A stretch of 64,000 bases of DNA from Chrysomallon squamiferum (Eukaryota; Animalia; Mollusca), in the NCBI GenBank assembly GCA_012295275.1, contig CM022668.1, forward strand, positions 14,446,001-14,510,000, written 5' to 3'. The position numbers and the translations under genes were made by a program. Under the pieces are notes generated by a model. The model searched no databases. It was given only the letters and a program-made list of their open reading frames with translations, and was not told where the DNA came from. This document shows, piece by piece, positions 28,176 through 58,976 of this stretch; the stretch's first letter is position 1, and every line of letters begins with the position of its first letter.

Positions 28176-29947
28176 TGTGTGTGTAGGTATGTATGTAAAT
28201 GTTTGTGAATATGACTTCTAACATGAATGTTTATGAGCTTTGGTTAGAATGGAATAACCATTTTGCCCAGTATTAATTTATTATTATTATTGTAATATTA
28301 ACTGTTCCCACTTTGAATTTCAGGTATATCAAGATGTATGTTACTCAACACGTCAGTTATCTATTTACAATAATGCCACATCATTCTGTTGGTCCAGGAA
28401 AAATTGCTTTCAATCTTATGCATGTTAGTATACACACAATATAATTATGTTTCTTTGTAATGTTAGGCTACTGAAGTAATAAATAAGTAAATTTTCAAAT
28501 AAATAAATAGTATCAAGAAACCACAAAATAAATACATAAATAAATAAGCTCAAGAAACCAATAAATAAATAAATAAATGCATGTTTTTTTATATTTGCTT
28601 TAATTACTTTGATTGTTCAAATAGTAAGTGAATAAATTAATATATAGAACTTTTTTATTTTCATCTTTTTAAAAAAAAAAAAAAAAATATGTAGTAATTA
28701 AATTTGATTAAATAACTTCTTGTTTGCTTGCATATAATTTTAATCTTGTTAATAACCAAGTTGAATATTTAATTGTAAAGATTATGATATATCCATCTTT
28801 TTTTCTCTCTTTTCAGAGAAAATGGGCCAGCATTATTCTAAACACTGAAATACGAGAGAAACCATTTGATTTTGATTCAAAAACTCAGCGTATTGGATCC
28901 ATTGTTTTTGAAATTGATTTCTTAAACAACAAAAAGTAAGTGACAGCACAGAAAAAGATGGTGTAGAGTTTTAAAATCCAAAAATGCAATCAAACCAGAA
29001 CATAGTCATATTTATTTCAACATTTTAATTTTGTTTTTAGAATCTGTTATTATCAGCATAAGAAAAAAGGATTATTTTGTAGATCATTAATATGTAAATA
29101 TGAGAGTGATTTTCCCTGCTTTTATGACTAACAAAATCCCTTTGAAATATTAATTTAAAACATTTATCTGTTTTAAATTTGATTTGTTATTAGCAGATTG
29201 AAAAAAGTAATGTATTTATCTTTTTTTTTTCAGTGAGTCCACTAAAATGTTTGACATGGACAAGATGGCACAAATGTTTCAAAAGCAATTCAAGAATCAC
29301 TCATTTCAAGATAACCAGATATTGGCATTTAAATATAACATGAATATCTTTATTCTGAATGTAAAAGAAATCAAAGGTTTTTCTTTTTATCATGTAAAAG
29401 AATTACAATAAATTAATTATCAAATATCCTGTTAAAAGTGTTGGATTTTACAAAATTTTGAAAAATGTTTATTTTATATTAATTTAATCAGTTGTTAGCA
29501 TTAAAGATATATATATATATTTATTTATTTTTTATATCTGTGTGTGTGTGTTTGCAAATATGTCTGGTAATTTGAAGCAAGTTTTGTGTTTTGGAAAAAA
29601 GATTAAATATATTTGGGTGTGTAAAAAAAAAAGTATTGTTTTGTTGATGTAATTTATTTACTTGCTTATTTTATTTGTGTGTTTGTGTCTATATATATTA
29701 ATTTTTATATTCTTTTCTTTTTTTTGTACTTTTTTTTACTGCAGTCAAGGAGAATATGGGAGAAAAGCTTAAAGTGGTATGTTTTATTTTTTGTAAGCTG
29801 AAGTTGACATACTAAAATTGTAATTGCATACACATTCACAGACATTTCTAGATCCTACTTACAAAGGTCCTTACTTCCTTAGATCCACATATATGCAAAT
29901 CCCTACTAGATCAATACTTACAGAAATCCATACTTAAAAGACCCATG

Positions 29948-29989
<42 letters not shown>

Positions 29990-30553
29990 CATATTTATGT
30001 AGATCCTACTTACACTGATCCATTCTTATCTAGATCCGTATTTTCATTCATCTATACTTACATGGATCCAAACTTCATGTAGATCGAGTCTTACATTGGT
30101 TTATATATCCATACTTACACAGATACATAATTACCAAGATCCTTCTTACATTGATATGAGTAGATACAACTTACAGACTGCTTCTTATTTTGATCCATGC
30201 TTATGTCTGTTTATACTTATGTAGATCCACACTTGCATGGCTGTTTTCTGATTGACATAAACACACAAACATTGACCACATACAACCACACATTCTCCAG
30301 GTATATTTCATTAAATTAATTTTCTATAACAATACTCACTGTGTGACATACATACAATTTATCAAGTGGGTTATTACTAGTATTTCTAAGATTGTGGTTG
30401 GTTACTGTATATTAATATGGAGAATAATATTTCTAATTACAGGCAAACTTTGGATTTCTGACACCAAATGCTGGAGTTGTGTTTGAAAAAGCTGATAATT
30501 CACCTCTAAATCTGAAAGGAAAGTCAAAAGGGTAAATAAAAATTATGATAATC

Positions 30554-30588
<35 letters not shown>

Positions 30589-31030
30589 AATGATAAAATT
30601 AGGTTTTAAGCAAACATCATCCATGGATACCAGGATTAAATACTTATTAACAGGGTAATGGTTAAATTAAAGTATATAGTTATAAATAATAAAACAAATT
30701 TTTGTCCTCCATACAAAAGTGTTAAAAAAAATAAATGCTATAGATGGTTTGAAGGACTTCTGATTTTGACCCCATACTGAAAATGATAGTTCACTTTGTT
30801 CTATTAATCTAAACCAGGCCTGTTTTTTCTAGTCATAGAAACTTTGTGGATGGTAATAGTATTAAAATGAAGAATTTGAAAATCTGCATCCTCCAAAAAC
30901 GTGACTTAATCCCATCTTACAGTCACAGTGTCTCAGATATTACATTATTGCAGGTTGTGAGAGTCACATTTTAATATTACACATATTAAATATTTCATTT
31001 AAATGCAGGAAATCTATTTCTTCTTTATTT

Positions 31031-31098
<68 letters not shown>

Positions 31099-31230
31099 CC
31101 ATGACTTAATCCCATCTTACAGTCACAGTGTCTCAGATATTACATTATCACAGGTTATGAGAGTCACATTTTAATATTACACATATTAAATATTTCATTT
31201 AAATGCAGGAAATCTATTTCTTCTTTATTT

Positions 31231-31284
<54 letters not shown>

Positions 31285-34200
31285 ATTATTATTCTTTCTT
31301 TTTTTGGAAATTGCAGACAGATAGGTGAGATGCTGAATGCCAGAGAACCAAAGATTCTTGACAAATGTGTGGCCGATGCTGAGAAGGAAGAAAACAAAGT
31401 AATTTTTTAAAACTATTTTTAAAAAACCTCTTGTTTCTACTGCCCTGTGCTGCCCTTTGAACATAGTTGATAACAAAAAGGTTCAGAAATGAGAATATTT
31501 CTAAAACAAATTGTTTTCTTATTTAAAATGTTTTTTATTTTCTGGTCTGTTCTGTGCTGTGCTATAAACATAAACAGATTTTTTGTTGATGACAAAAAGG
31601 TGAAGAAAGGGGTATATTTTACTCAGCTGTCTTAGGAAATATAAATTTTTGCTGATTTGAAAAAAAAGAGGATGAAAAATGAATGTTTTTAAAAACATTT
31701 TAACTTTTTTTGTAGTATGTGATATGACTGGTGCTTCCTTCATAAAAAATTTGAAGGTTCTACACACACATATATATTAGAACAATCAAATATTGCTGAT
31801 ATCAGAACATCAACTAATGTATTCTGATGCTGTTACTAGTAAAACAGGCATATATCAATACATGATCTTTCAGTTATAAACTATACATAGTATATAAGAC
31901 CAAATACTTCTCTAAACTTTGGATGAATATTATTTTGTTTGTTTACTTGTTAGTCCATGAGATCATTATGGTTTACCCCTAAAAAATCGAACAAAATGTG
32001 ATTGTTTAGTTCATGATTGCTGAAAAATGAAAGCTAACAATGGATATTTGTACTCATAATTGATGGGATTGATGCCATTTGTAAATCCAGAGGATCTTTG
32101 GTAAATATTTTAATAAATATAAATTATATATATTATTTTGGCTTTATCCTCAATTCATTAAATTTTATATTCCATAAGATTAAGCCAAAATGTAAATCAT
32201 TTTTAATATACTTCTAAACTGACCAGTATGATAATCATTTTGAGTTGCTGTGTACTTATACCACTAATTCACTAGTCACGATATGGTGAATGCAGAATCT
32301 CAGCATTGTAACAGTATCATCAGACATTTTCATCAGTACTGTGAGACAAAACTCTGCGATGAATAAAGTATAGCACTAATACAACAGGGTCTAGTAAGAA
32401 TTTTGAGACTAAACATTTTCTGATAATACAGTCTAAAAATAAATAATAAAGCCAGGAAAGAAAGAAACAAAATTTGTTTTCGCTAGTAATAAAGTATAAC
32501 AATAAAAAATAATCTGAGTAACAAAAAAAAAAACCCCATTAAGATCTAACTTTGCCACTAATAATGTATATTAGAAAAACTGAGATCAAACTTTGCAGAT
32601 GATAAAATAAAACAAAATAGTATTATAATGCGTATGAAATAACAGTAAAATCAAACTTTGTTAATAATAAAGTATAACACTGCTACTGCGCAATCTGTCA
32701 GCCATTTATTTGAAACAGTTCACATAAAAATATATATAAAACAGAAATCATTCCTGACACACTTAAAGCAACATTACGAATACCAGACTCATCAATATTT
32801 AAAATAAACTTCACTACGTCTTGCAGAAACTTCACAAAATATGCGGGGTTTTTAAACATTTTTTTTAAGACCAATTTACTAATAACACAGTATTTAAAAA
32901 AAAGGAAAAGAAATGTGATGAATCTTTGCAAATAATAAAGTAAAACAAAATACTACAATAATGAAATGAAATAACACTGATGTCAAACTTTGTTAATAAT
33001 AAAGTATAACAATAATACTGATGAGCACTCTGAAAGTCATTTTCCATTATTTTTATGATACAGTACACATAAAAACACTATTAAAATAGAAATCATTCCT
33101 AAAGTGACCTTACTGAAACCAGACTCATCCGTAATAAAAATAAAGAAAACAATCTTATATAAACTAAAAAGCCTATGACTAATTTTTTTAAACATTTTTT
33201 TTCATAATTAAATTCTTTTCACTACTTATTTCCAGGCTGGAAACTCTGCAGTACATGACACAGTTGTGAATCAGCTGTTAGCTAAACTGGTTGGGTTTGA
33301 ACAGTTAAACAACATTCTTGTTATTGGTACGACCAACAGAAAAGATATGATTGATGAGGCTTTGCTTAGACCTGGATGATTAGAAGTGCACATTGAGATA
33401 GGTGAGTACATTGTGATTTATGTATTTGAGTATAGATGGGTCATTCATGATTTACAGATAGGTAGGTGTATTGTGATATATGTATATATAGGTAGGTATA
33501 TTGGGATACAGGTATATAAGATAGGTGGGTATATGGCAGGGGCAGGCACACTTTTTTAAAATGGGGGCCGGATGCATCTCATACAGAGTATGAGGGCCAA
33601 AATATGAAATGAGAACGAAAACGATTTCAAAACGATTTGTTGCATACCATGAAGCAGCAATTCAATGTCAGGCTTTATTGATGTGGTGGACAAGCAAAGA
33701 ATATCATATTGTTTACATATTTTGAATTGAGTGAAGCAAGCAGCCATTCAAAATTCGGATGTGGGCACTATTGATTTGATGAGCGTGTTCGAGACACCTT
33801 AAATTTTAAACTTGAATGTGACTTGAATAAAAAAATAGCTGTGTCAATTGACTTTATTTCATTTACTTTTATTTTGCCGGATGGCAATGTTTATTGTGAA
33901 AAGTTTGTTGGGCCAGACAATAAACCTTTCTTGCTGAATCTGGTGATGTATGTATATAAGTATAGATGGCTCATTTATGATTTAGAACTAGGTGGATATA
34001 TTGTCATATGAATACAAGATAGGTGGGTGCATGGTGATATATGAATGTATGTATCATTCATCTTTCCATCCATACCTTCATCCATCCATCCATCAATTCA
34101 CACCACCCCTATTCTCTTCCCAATTCCTACTCCCAACCCTACTCAACCATTTGTCTATACTTTCATTGATAATTTTTACCACAGTTAATTATATTTTTTA

Positions 34201-34793
34201 AACATCTGCAATCATTAATCTATTTTTTTTCATTTATGCTGTAAAATAATTTCATTAGCATCAATTAATTGTAAATTAGGGCTGCCTAATGAGGCAGGAA
34301 GAGTCCAGATTTTGCAGATTCACACTGCAAAGATGGTGGAAAACAACAAACTCGCAACAGACGTGGATCTGAATGAGCTGACAGCCTTGACGAAGAATTT
34401 CAGTGGAGCAGAGATAAAGGGTTTAGTAAATGCAGCTCAGAGTACAGCCATGAACAGGCTGATTAAGGTACATGTTTGTGCTTGCTTTAACCTTAAAAGC
34501 TTTTTTTTATTTAGCATCTTCTCATCTGTGTTAATATCTCTTTTCTATTAAAAGATAATCATAATAGTAATAAATAAATAAAAAGAATAACTATTATATT
34601 GAATTAATTAGATAATGTAATTAAATTTAAATAATTCAGTGTAAATGAGATTAGTTATTGTGTGAATTAATAAGAAATTATTATTTATTTTATGTAGGCC
34701 ACTTCTACTGAAGAGGTTGACCCAGATGCCATAGACAAACTCAAAGTGTTGAGATAAGACTTCATTCTTGCTCTTCAGGATGACATAAAACCA
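25815..34793 (+). pseudogene. NSF: NSF copy C: open N-domain, gutted D1, truncated after exon 14
   Basis: Exons 25815-25823 (MAK|gtagac), 27864-27949, 28324-28423, 28817-28935, 29234-29376, 29745-29776 (shifted acceptor), 30443-30531; exons 8-9 deleted; 31317-31398 (18- and 33-nt deletions); exon 11 remnant ~32055-32100 without acceptor; 33236-33401 (RPGR to RPG*, TGA 33377-33379); 34280-34467; 34698-34793 (TAA). Confidence 0.85.
30900..31280. repeat. ~200-bp tandem duplication ending in (CT)n, spanning the exon 8-9 deletion junction of copy C
   Basis: tgacttaatcccatcttacagtcacag...aaatgcaggaaatctatttc...(ct)n occurs at ~30902-31095 and again at ~31102-31280. Confidence 0.85.
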
Positions 34794-35056
34794 GTAAGTA
34801 TTGTCTATAAACTGGATACATTTTTTATTAAAGAAGGGCAGGTTGACCAATTTTTTAAATAAAATAGTTATTTGTTTTAATGTTGCAACGGTTGTGTTAA
34901 TGTATAACCCAGCTGCATTTTGTATAGTATGAAAAACGAGTTATGTGTTAAATTGTTTGTTTGTTTCTCTGTCTGTATGTTTGTCACTCTGTATGACTTT
35001 CATTTTTCATCTTTCTTTTTTGTTGCTCTCTGTATTTGTCCCTGTCTGTCTCTTTA

Positions 35057-35670
35057 CAAGGCAAATAATCTGACACAATCAACACTCGTGACATAAACAT
35101 CATCGCTTTCACTGACAAACAAAAAGGAGATCTACTCAGTGAAACTTTCTCGAAATGAAGCATAAATATTCAAACTTCCCACCCAAATTCTCAAAAGAAA
35201 AAAAACAACAAAAAAACACATTAGAGAACCAACCAGTTCACAAACATTCTACAGACACAGAAAACATTAAATACAATCTACACTTCAGAACCAATGAGTT
35301 AAAATATGCCCTTAAAAACAAAACTGCTGCAGGGCCTGGCAAAATAAGCTACAAAATAATGAAACACTCGCCAGAAGAAACACAATTAATTATACATGAA
35401 ATCTTCAGCACAATTTAGCAACAGGCAATATTCCAACAAACACGCTGAACGTTTCAGTCTGCCTAAAACCCCGTAAAGACCACACATTACCCAACAATTA
35501 CACACCAGTCACTCGGACATCACACATGTGCAAAACATTGGAAACAATGATAAACACACACCTAAATCAACATTTAAATACAACAACTTAATAAGTAAAA
35601 ATCAAAATGTGAACAACCAAATCACCTGCTTACAAAATTCAATTAACCAATCTTTCAGCAAAGGATCATT
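35057..35670 (+). mobile_element. Degenerate LINE ORF2 fragment, duplicate of 1381-2000
   Basis: NELKYALKNKTAAGPGKISYKIMKHSPEETQLIIHEIFSTI and KPRKDHTLPNNYTP. Same position relative to the truncated NSF exon 14 as in copy A. Confidence 0.8.
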
Positions 35671-36221
35671 CAGGCCATGGTTATTAATATTTAAATGTGT
35701 GAGTTTTTTTTTTTATTTAACATAATATTGATTGATAGAAGATAGCCAGTATATTTCTGTTGGATATTTTGTTATTCTGTGTTACTTACTTAAGCTTGAA
35801 AACTAATTAACAAAGTAAGATAACGTATTTTAATAACTAAAAGATTAGTTAGAAAGTTAAAGTAACCAACTGGACTTGATTAGTTTAGTATTATCTATCA
35901 ACGCTATTTACTTTTATCTTGGATTGTTCGAATCGTATATTTGGTTAATTTATGTAAAATATAAAACAATTACCCATATTCAATTCTTGTTTATATTATT
36001 GTTCTCTAGTGGCTACTGACTAGTCATTTACTATTTTAACCTATCTCAGATCTTTAAAATCTTGTCATGCGGAACTATTGTAATCTACTACCCTCTAGAC
36101 TAATCACCGAGACAGTGTTATATGTAATATGTAATTCGAAAGGCTTAAATTTATAATTATTATTTAAAGCAAATAAGGAAGATAATTTTAATCTCGTTTC
36201 TAATCAAGACTGTATGCAGCA

Positions 36222-53220
<16,999 letters not shown>

Positions 53221-54934
53221 ATATCTGCACTGTTCAGTTGTTGAGATAATTCCACTGACAGAAGAACAGCTTAATGGATGAAGAGACAGTAGAAATAAAA
53301 TTGAATTTCAGTGTTTAGACTCTGTTGTGTGTAAAGAGAATCAAGACAGAGGATAAATTACTTTGTTTTGATAGTCTTCTTTCTCTCTTTTTTTAAATTT
53401 GTTTTATTGTTTTTATATATTAATACCTTACTTTCTAATGTATTATCATTATTATTGTTTTATACTGACCTGAATCATATTTATAACAGTATTTAAAATT
53501 ATTTCCATTTATTTTATTGTGGGATATTTAAATTAAAATTATTTAACTAAACAGACAGGGGTAAATTTACTTTAAAAATGTTCCAGAAGGTTGACGTGAT
53601 CAAATAAAGTTAGGAACCCCATATTTATTTAATCATCTGAATGGAATTGACAAGATTTGGTACTAACCATTTACAGACTTGACATCTCTCTATGGCATCA
53701 AATCAACCCCTCAAACCAGCCACTAGAAAGAAAGTGATATAGTTTCTAATGCAAGTTGCAGAAAAGTGTTAGAAGGGTTAATTCAAGATTTGAGTGCCAA
53801 ATACTTAGCTGATAATACAGAATCAAATATAATTCATTGATTTGAATCTAGACAGAAATTTGTACTTAAAGAGAACAGCAGAAAGACATTTGTGTCATAA
53901 ACTTCTGCATTTTAAAGTCATCGTGAAATATATGCATATTAAATGAATAAAGACTGTACTGAATATATATCTGTGTGTGTGTGAAAATGAGAATGAGATA
54001 TAATTGGTTTTGTTTTTGATACTTTTATTACGATAATTACAAGAATATTTGAATTATATATGTATAATGACTATTTTTGATAATAAGATTAATATATGTA
54101 TATTTGATAGCACTAGAATCAATTTACTATTGTTATAATAATTGTATTTGGTGGCAATATTAATGTATATATATTTGAATTTTAGCTTATATTATACCGA
54201 CTCATTCTTTGATCATGTTTGCAAATTAATCATTAACTAATATGTAATTAAAAACAGAGGACTTCTTAATCATCAATTAACTGAGCTCTGTAATTATTAA
54301 TAAACTGAGGATTTCCTAACATTAATAATGATTGCCTAGAAGTTCAGTTTGAAAAAGGTTTCATTTGTTTTGTTTATAACAACAGAATAAATCAAGATAG
54401 AGGATAAATTACTTTGTTTTGTTAGTTTTGATAGTCTTCTTTCTCTTCTTCTTTTTTTTTTCTTCTTAGATAGTATTACCTTATGATTATCATTATTTAG
54501 AATATTCTTTATCTTATAATGTCTTCATATTCTTTTGCCTTCCATTTATTTATTTATGCTATTTATGTTTTCCTTCTTTTCCTTATTATTTTATAACATT
54601 AAAAATATCATTATATAATATTAGTGCTAGAATTAATTCTTAAAATTTAAACAAAAATATATTTATTATAGAAAAAAATGATAATTAAAAAAGAAAAAAT
54701 ATATTGATGCTAGGATAATTATAATGGTTTTGTAAATGTTTTAACAGAAATATTTAGTATTTTTTCTTGTAGTGTCTAGACTGAAGGACATTTAATAACT
54801 GACATTCATTCATTCTGTGGTATTGATGTTAATTAGTGTTCATTTATGTCAAGGGTTCCCTACTCAGGGGGTAAATTTATTTTGGATTTGGACATATTTT
54901 AATTTTTTCAATAACAGTAGTAGTAGTAGCAGCA

Positions 54935-54980
<46 letters not shown>

Positions 54981-55801
54981 CAGTAAATGTAATAAAAATA
55001 ATAAAAATTATAATAATAACTGTGTTTTATACAGGTTGTATCTTTTCATCATTAATTTTTCATAAAGAAGTGAAAAAACTTTCTAATGTATTATCATCAT
55101 TGTTATTAAATATTGACTGAAATTATATTTAAAACAGTATTTAAAATTAATTTCATTGTCCCTTGCTTTATTATGGTAGATACTTAAATTCAAATTATTG
55201 AACTAAACATGTTTAAATGTTTAAATGTAATGTGTGAATGAGATTACTAAAGGGTTTAGATCAGTGGATAATTCTTAAGATCAATACTCCTTAATGTGCA
55301 AGATGGGTCATTTGATATACCAGTGAATTTTTCTATCTATTTTCCTAGTTGCTAATAATAAATCAGTAACCTTTTAAAAATCCTTTCAGTGATTCCTAAC
55401 CACATTTGAAACATCAAATAAAACAAGATTTCAGAATTATTAGAATAGTGTAATATATTTTAAATATACCTGTGAGTAGAAACCTAAATATATATTTCTC
55501 CCTTCTATGATATAAAGCAATAAAATATTTGATTCCTAATTAATATTAGGCTATTACATTTTGTTGCAAATGACTTAAAAATCTCTTCACTTCACTGTCA
55601 TTTTTGTATTCGTGTGTTTTACGAGTGTTGAAGCAGAAATTGCCAAACTGTTGTACAGTGTTGTTTTGCGTTCAATGCCATAGTGATAGAGAAAACGATA
55701 TGTAGGTAAATAAAATGAGATGGCTGCAAAAGACAGAATATTACTGTTATCAGTTTTAATCTTCTGTAAATGGTTTGAATGAAAAAAAGAAAAATCAAAA
55801 G

Positions 55802-55853
<52 letters not shown>

Positions 55854-56497
55854 AAGAGCTAATTCAGTTATAGATTAAGATTTTGTGGGTCCACGGGCTT
55901 CAGATACTATCAACAAGACCTAAAATACTGCCAAAAGGTGTTGCTGTTGTTTTGTTTTTATTGGTATTATTTATATATCATTATATGTAATCACATCATC
56001 ATCATAACAATAATAATAATAATGATATTTATTTATTTACTATTACTACTATAGTAGTGGTAGTAGTAAATAAATAAATAAATATTTAAATAAGAAAAAC
56101 TTACAAACAATTGTATCGGATTTATTTAGGATTTAAACATTTTTTTTTACAAAATTACTTAGTATTTTAACATTATTATTATTTTTTTAAAGCTAAATGT
56201 ACCAAAGAAAATCCAAAATATAATAAGCTATTCCCTGTTCTTGCATATATTATGGTCCATGTAAACCTTTTTAAACATTTTTAGCAGTATTTTTTCATAA
56301 TGTTATGGTATCCTTTTTCTCGCCACAGCTCCGCTTATTTATTTGCTGAATATAGAAAAACACTAACAATCTGACGAAATTGTGCTAGTAAATATATAGC
56401 ATATATAAGCGTAAATTTATTATTATTATTAATTAAAGCAAATATATGAAGATGGTAAGGGAGATAATTCTAAACCGGATGAAGATCGTATGCAGCG

Positions 56498-57500
56498 ATG
56501 GCTAAGGTAGGCGTATGGACAATAATTTTGTTTATTAAGTTTATGTTAATAGCATGGACAATTACAGTTATAAATAGCATTGTTCAGTTTCATATTTATA
56601 TAACCAAAACATATCTAATTTATATTTTAACAGTGTAGCTTCGAATGTTTGACGGCATGAAAATATCGTGTCTGCAAAATGTTAATTCGATCATTAATTA
56701 ATCTGATTTAATTCCAGTTGTCAACACCGGTAAATAAACCGTTATTGCTATGATTTTTTTACTTGTTTTAAGGACGATATTTAAGTATGGTGCCACTGGA
56801 AAAAGAAGTATTAACTAAAAATGAATATAAATTAATGGTCGTCATTATTCTTGCGAGAAAAACGACAAAATGACCATTAATGTTGAATCAGAAATGCAGG
56901 AGCAAAATCGTTTTCTGATGAACAAATCCTCATTTTAAATGAATCATTTATACACGTTTAAGTAACAAAAAACAGGAACATTTTTTCATCCTGGTGCTTT
57001 TGTTTTTGTAATATATATAAAAATAAAAATAAAATACATTATAATAAAGCTTTTCAAGATCAGTTTCTGTCTGTGACATAAACAAAAACACTGATTTTTT
57101 TTGTGTGTTGAGAACACATCCACACATAAATAAGATAAATAAACATTAACACATAAATAAGATAAATAAACATTAACACATACAAATGCACACATACACA
57201 CATGCCTTTAATAAAGAAAATGCATAACAATATTATATTCTAAAGACACTGGGTTAGAACAGTCGGTAGGGATTCACAAATGATTTTGCAAATCCATGAA
57301 CCTGTTAGATTTTCTTAATTATAAATTACCTAATTAAGTATGGTTTTAGATTGTTATTGTTGTTGTTTGTCTTGTATCTATTGTGTATATATAGATAACA
57401 CATGTACTTGCAGATGGTTGGTGTTCATAATTTAAAGTCATCTTTTGAATTTGTTTAAAAATAAATGAAATTATAAATTATTTTTAGGAACATTAGATAA

Positions 57501-57567
<67 letters not shown>

Positions 57568-58291
57568 TTAAAAACTGAAATAAATCATAGTTCCCACCCA
57601 TAAAAATTTACAACCCAAGAAAAATATTAAAAATAAGAATAAACAAAGGATCCCCCCAAAAATATAAAAAAAAACCCCAATAAAATACAACAAAAAACAA
57701 ACAAAACAAAGAATAACAAGAACAAAATCTCATTTAAACCGAAACAAAACTGTAACAAAATAAATAAATAAATTAATTAATTAATTTAACATAGATAAAT
57801 AAAAAGAATTAAAGAACTTGTGCTCATAACAGCAGTTACTAACTTATAGCCTACTTGGAATGTATTGGAGAACTACTGTTTGTTATGCAATATATATTGA
57901 TTTGTCAGAGTGACTGTTACTGGACTAGAGCCTCATGGGATTGATCTGATTTCTGTATTTCCTTCTCAAGTTATTGAACACCACAGACATTTCAATCAAT
58001 GATTATCAGATGTACTGATTTGTATTTCAATCCATATAATGATTGTTTTCTTTTATATTTGTGATAAATAAACTTTTATATTACAGAAGAATTACAGAAC
58101 AATTTATTTATTTCTTAAAAATGTTTTATTCTTAGTTATGTCCATTGTCATTATTACTATACTGAACTGTTAGTGTGAGGGTGGGTTTTTAGTGTGTGTG
58201 TTTACTAATTTCTGAAGCATTCAGTTATTTGTGCAGGCTTGGGTGATATTTGTTTTGTTGTTTATTTATTTGTGTATTTGTAACTGATATA

Positions 58292-58331
<40 letters not shown>

Positions 58332-58435
58332 GTGGATATATGTTTGAATGGATACATCTAGATATGTCATGTTTGTTTTTTATGTATGTTTGACAGTAGT
58401 GTATGTATGAAATATTTGTTTTTATGTAGGTCTCT

Positions 58436-58482
<47 letters not shown>

Positions 58483-58903
58483 TGCATTTGTTGGAAAACT
58501 GTGGATGTATACTTGTGTGTTCATTTTTGGCCCATGTACTTTGTAAATGTCTTCATATTTTGAAATTTCTCTATGTATGTAATTATATATAATGAGCTGC
58601 ACTATAAATGCTTAATTATTTGTGGTTTTTATATTGAGTGTTCAGTTGTGTGTACATATTTTATTTGTTGTATTAAAGTGTATGTATATGTGTGAGAATG
58701 CATGTCTGTGTGAACATATGTATGTATATGTATGTGTGAAAGTGTGTGTATGTGTGTATTTTAGTTCTTATAAAATGTTTTTTTTTTCTGGTTTGTTTTA
58801 TTTTAGATATTTCGCTCAACAAAGTGTCCTAATGAAGAGTTGTCTCTGACAAACTGTGCCATAGTGAATGAAGCAGATTTTAAAGATGTCAGGTTTGTGA
58901 AAT

Positions 58904-58976
<73 letters not shown>

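Noticed and set aside
30433-30624. Recurrent minus-strand ORFs (FPFRFRGELSAFSNTTPAFGVRNPK; HFTNLTSLKSASFTMAQFVRDNSS; LNIDESGIRNVALSVS)
   Set aside because: Antisense shadows of NSF exons 7 and 2 or of duplicated intron 11; recurrence reflects the tandem duplication, not a separate gene.
33377-33379. In-frame TGA in copy C as selenocysteine or programmed read-through
   Set aside because: It replaces a conserved Arg, is explained by CGA-to-TGA deamination (CGA in copy E), and a second stop follows in exon 14.
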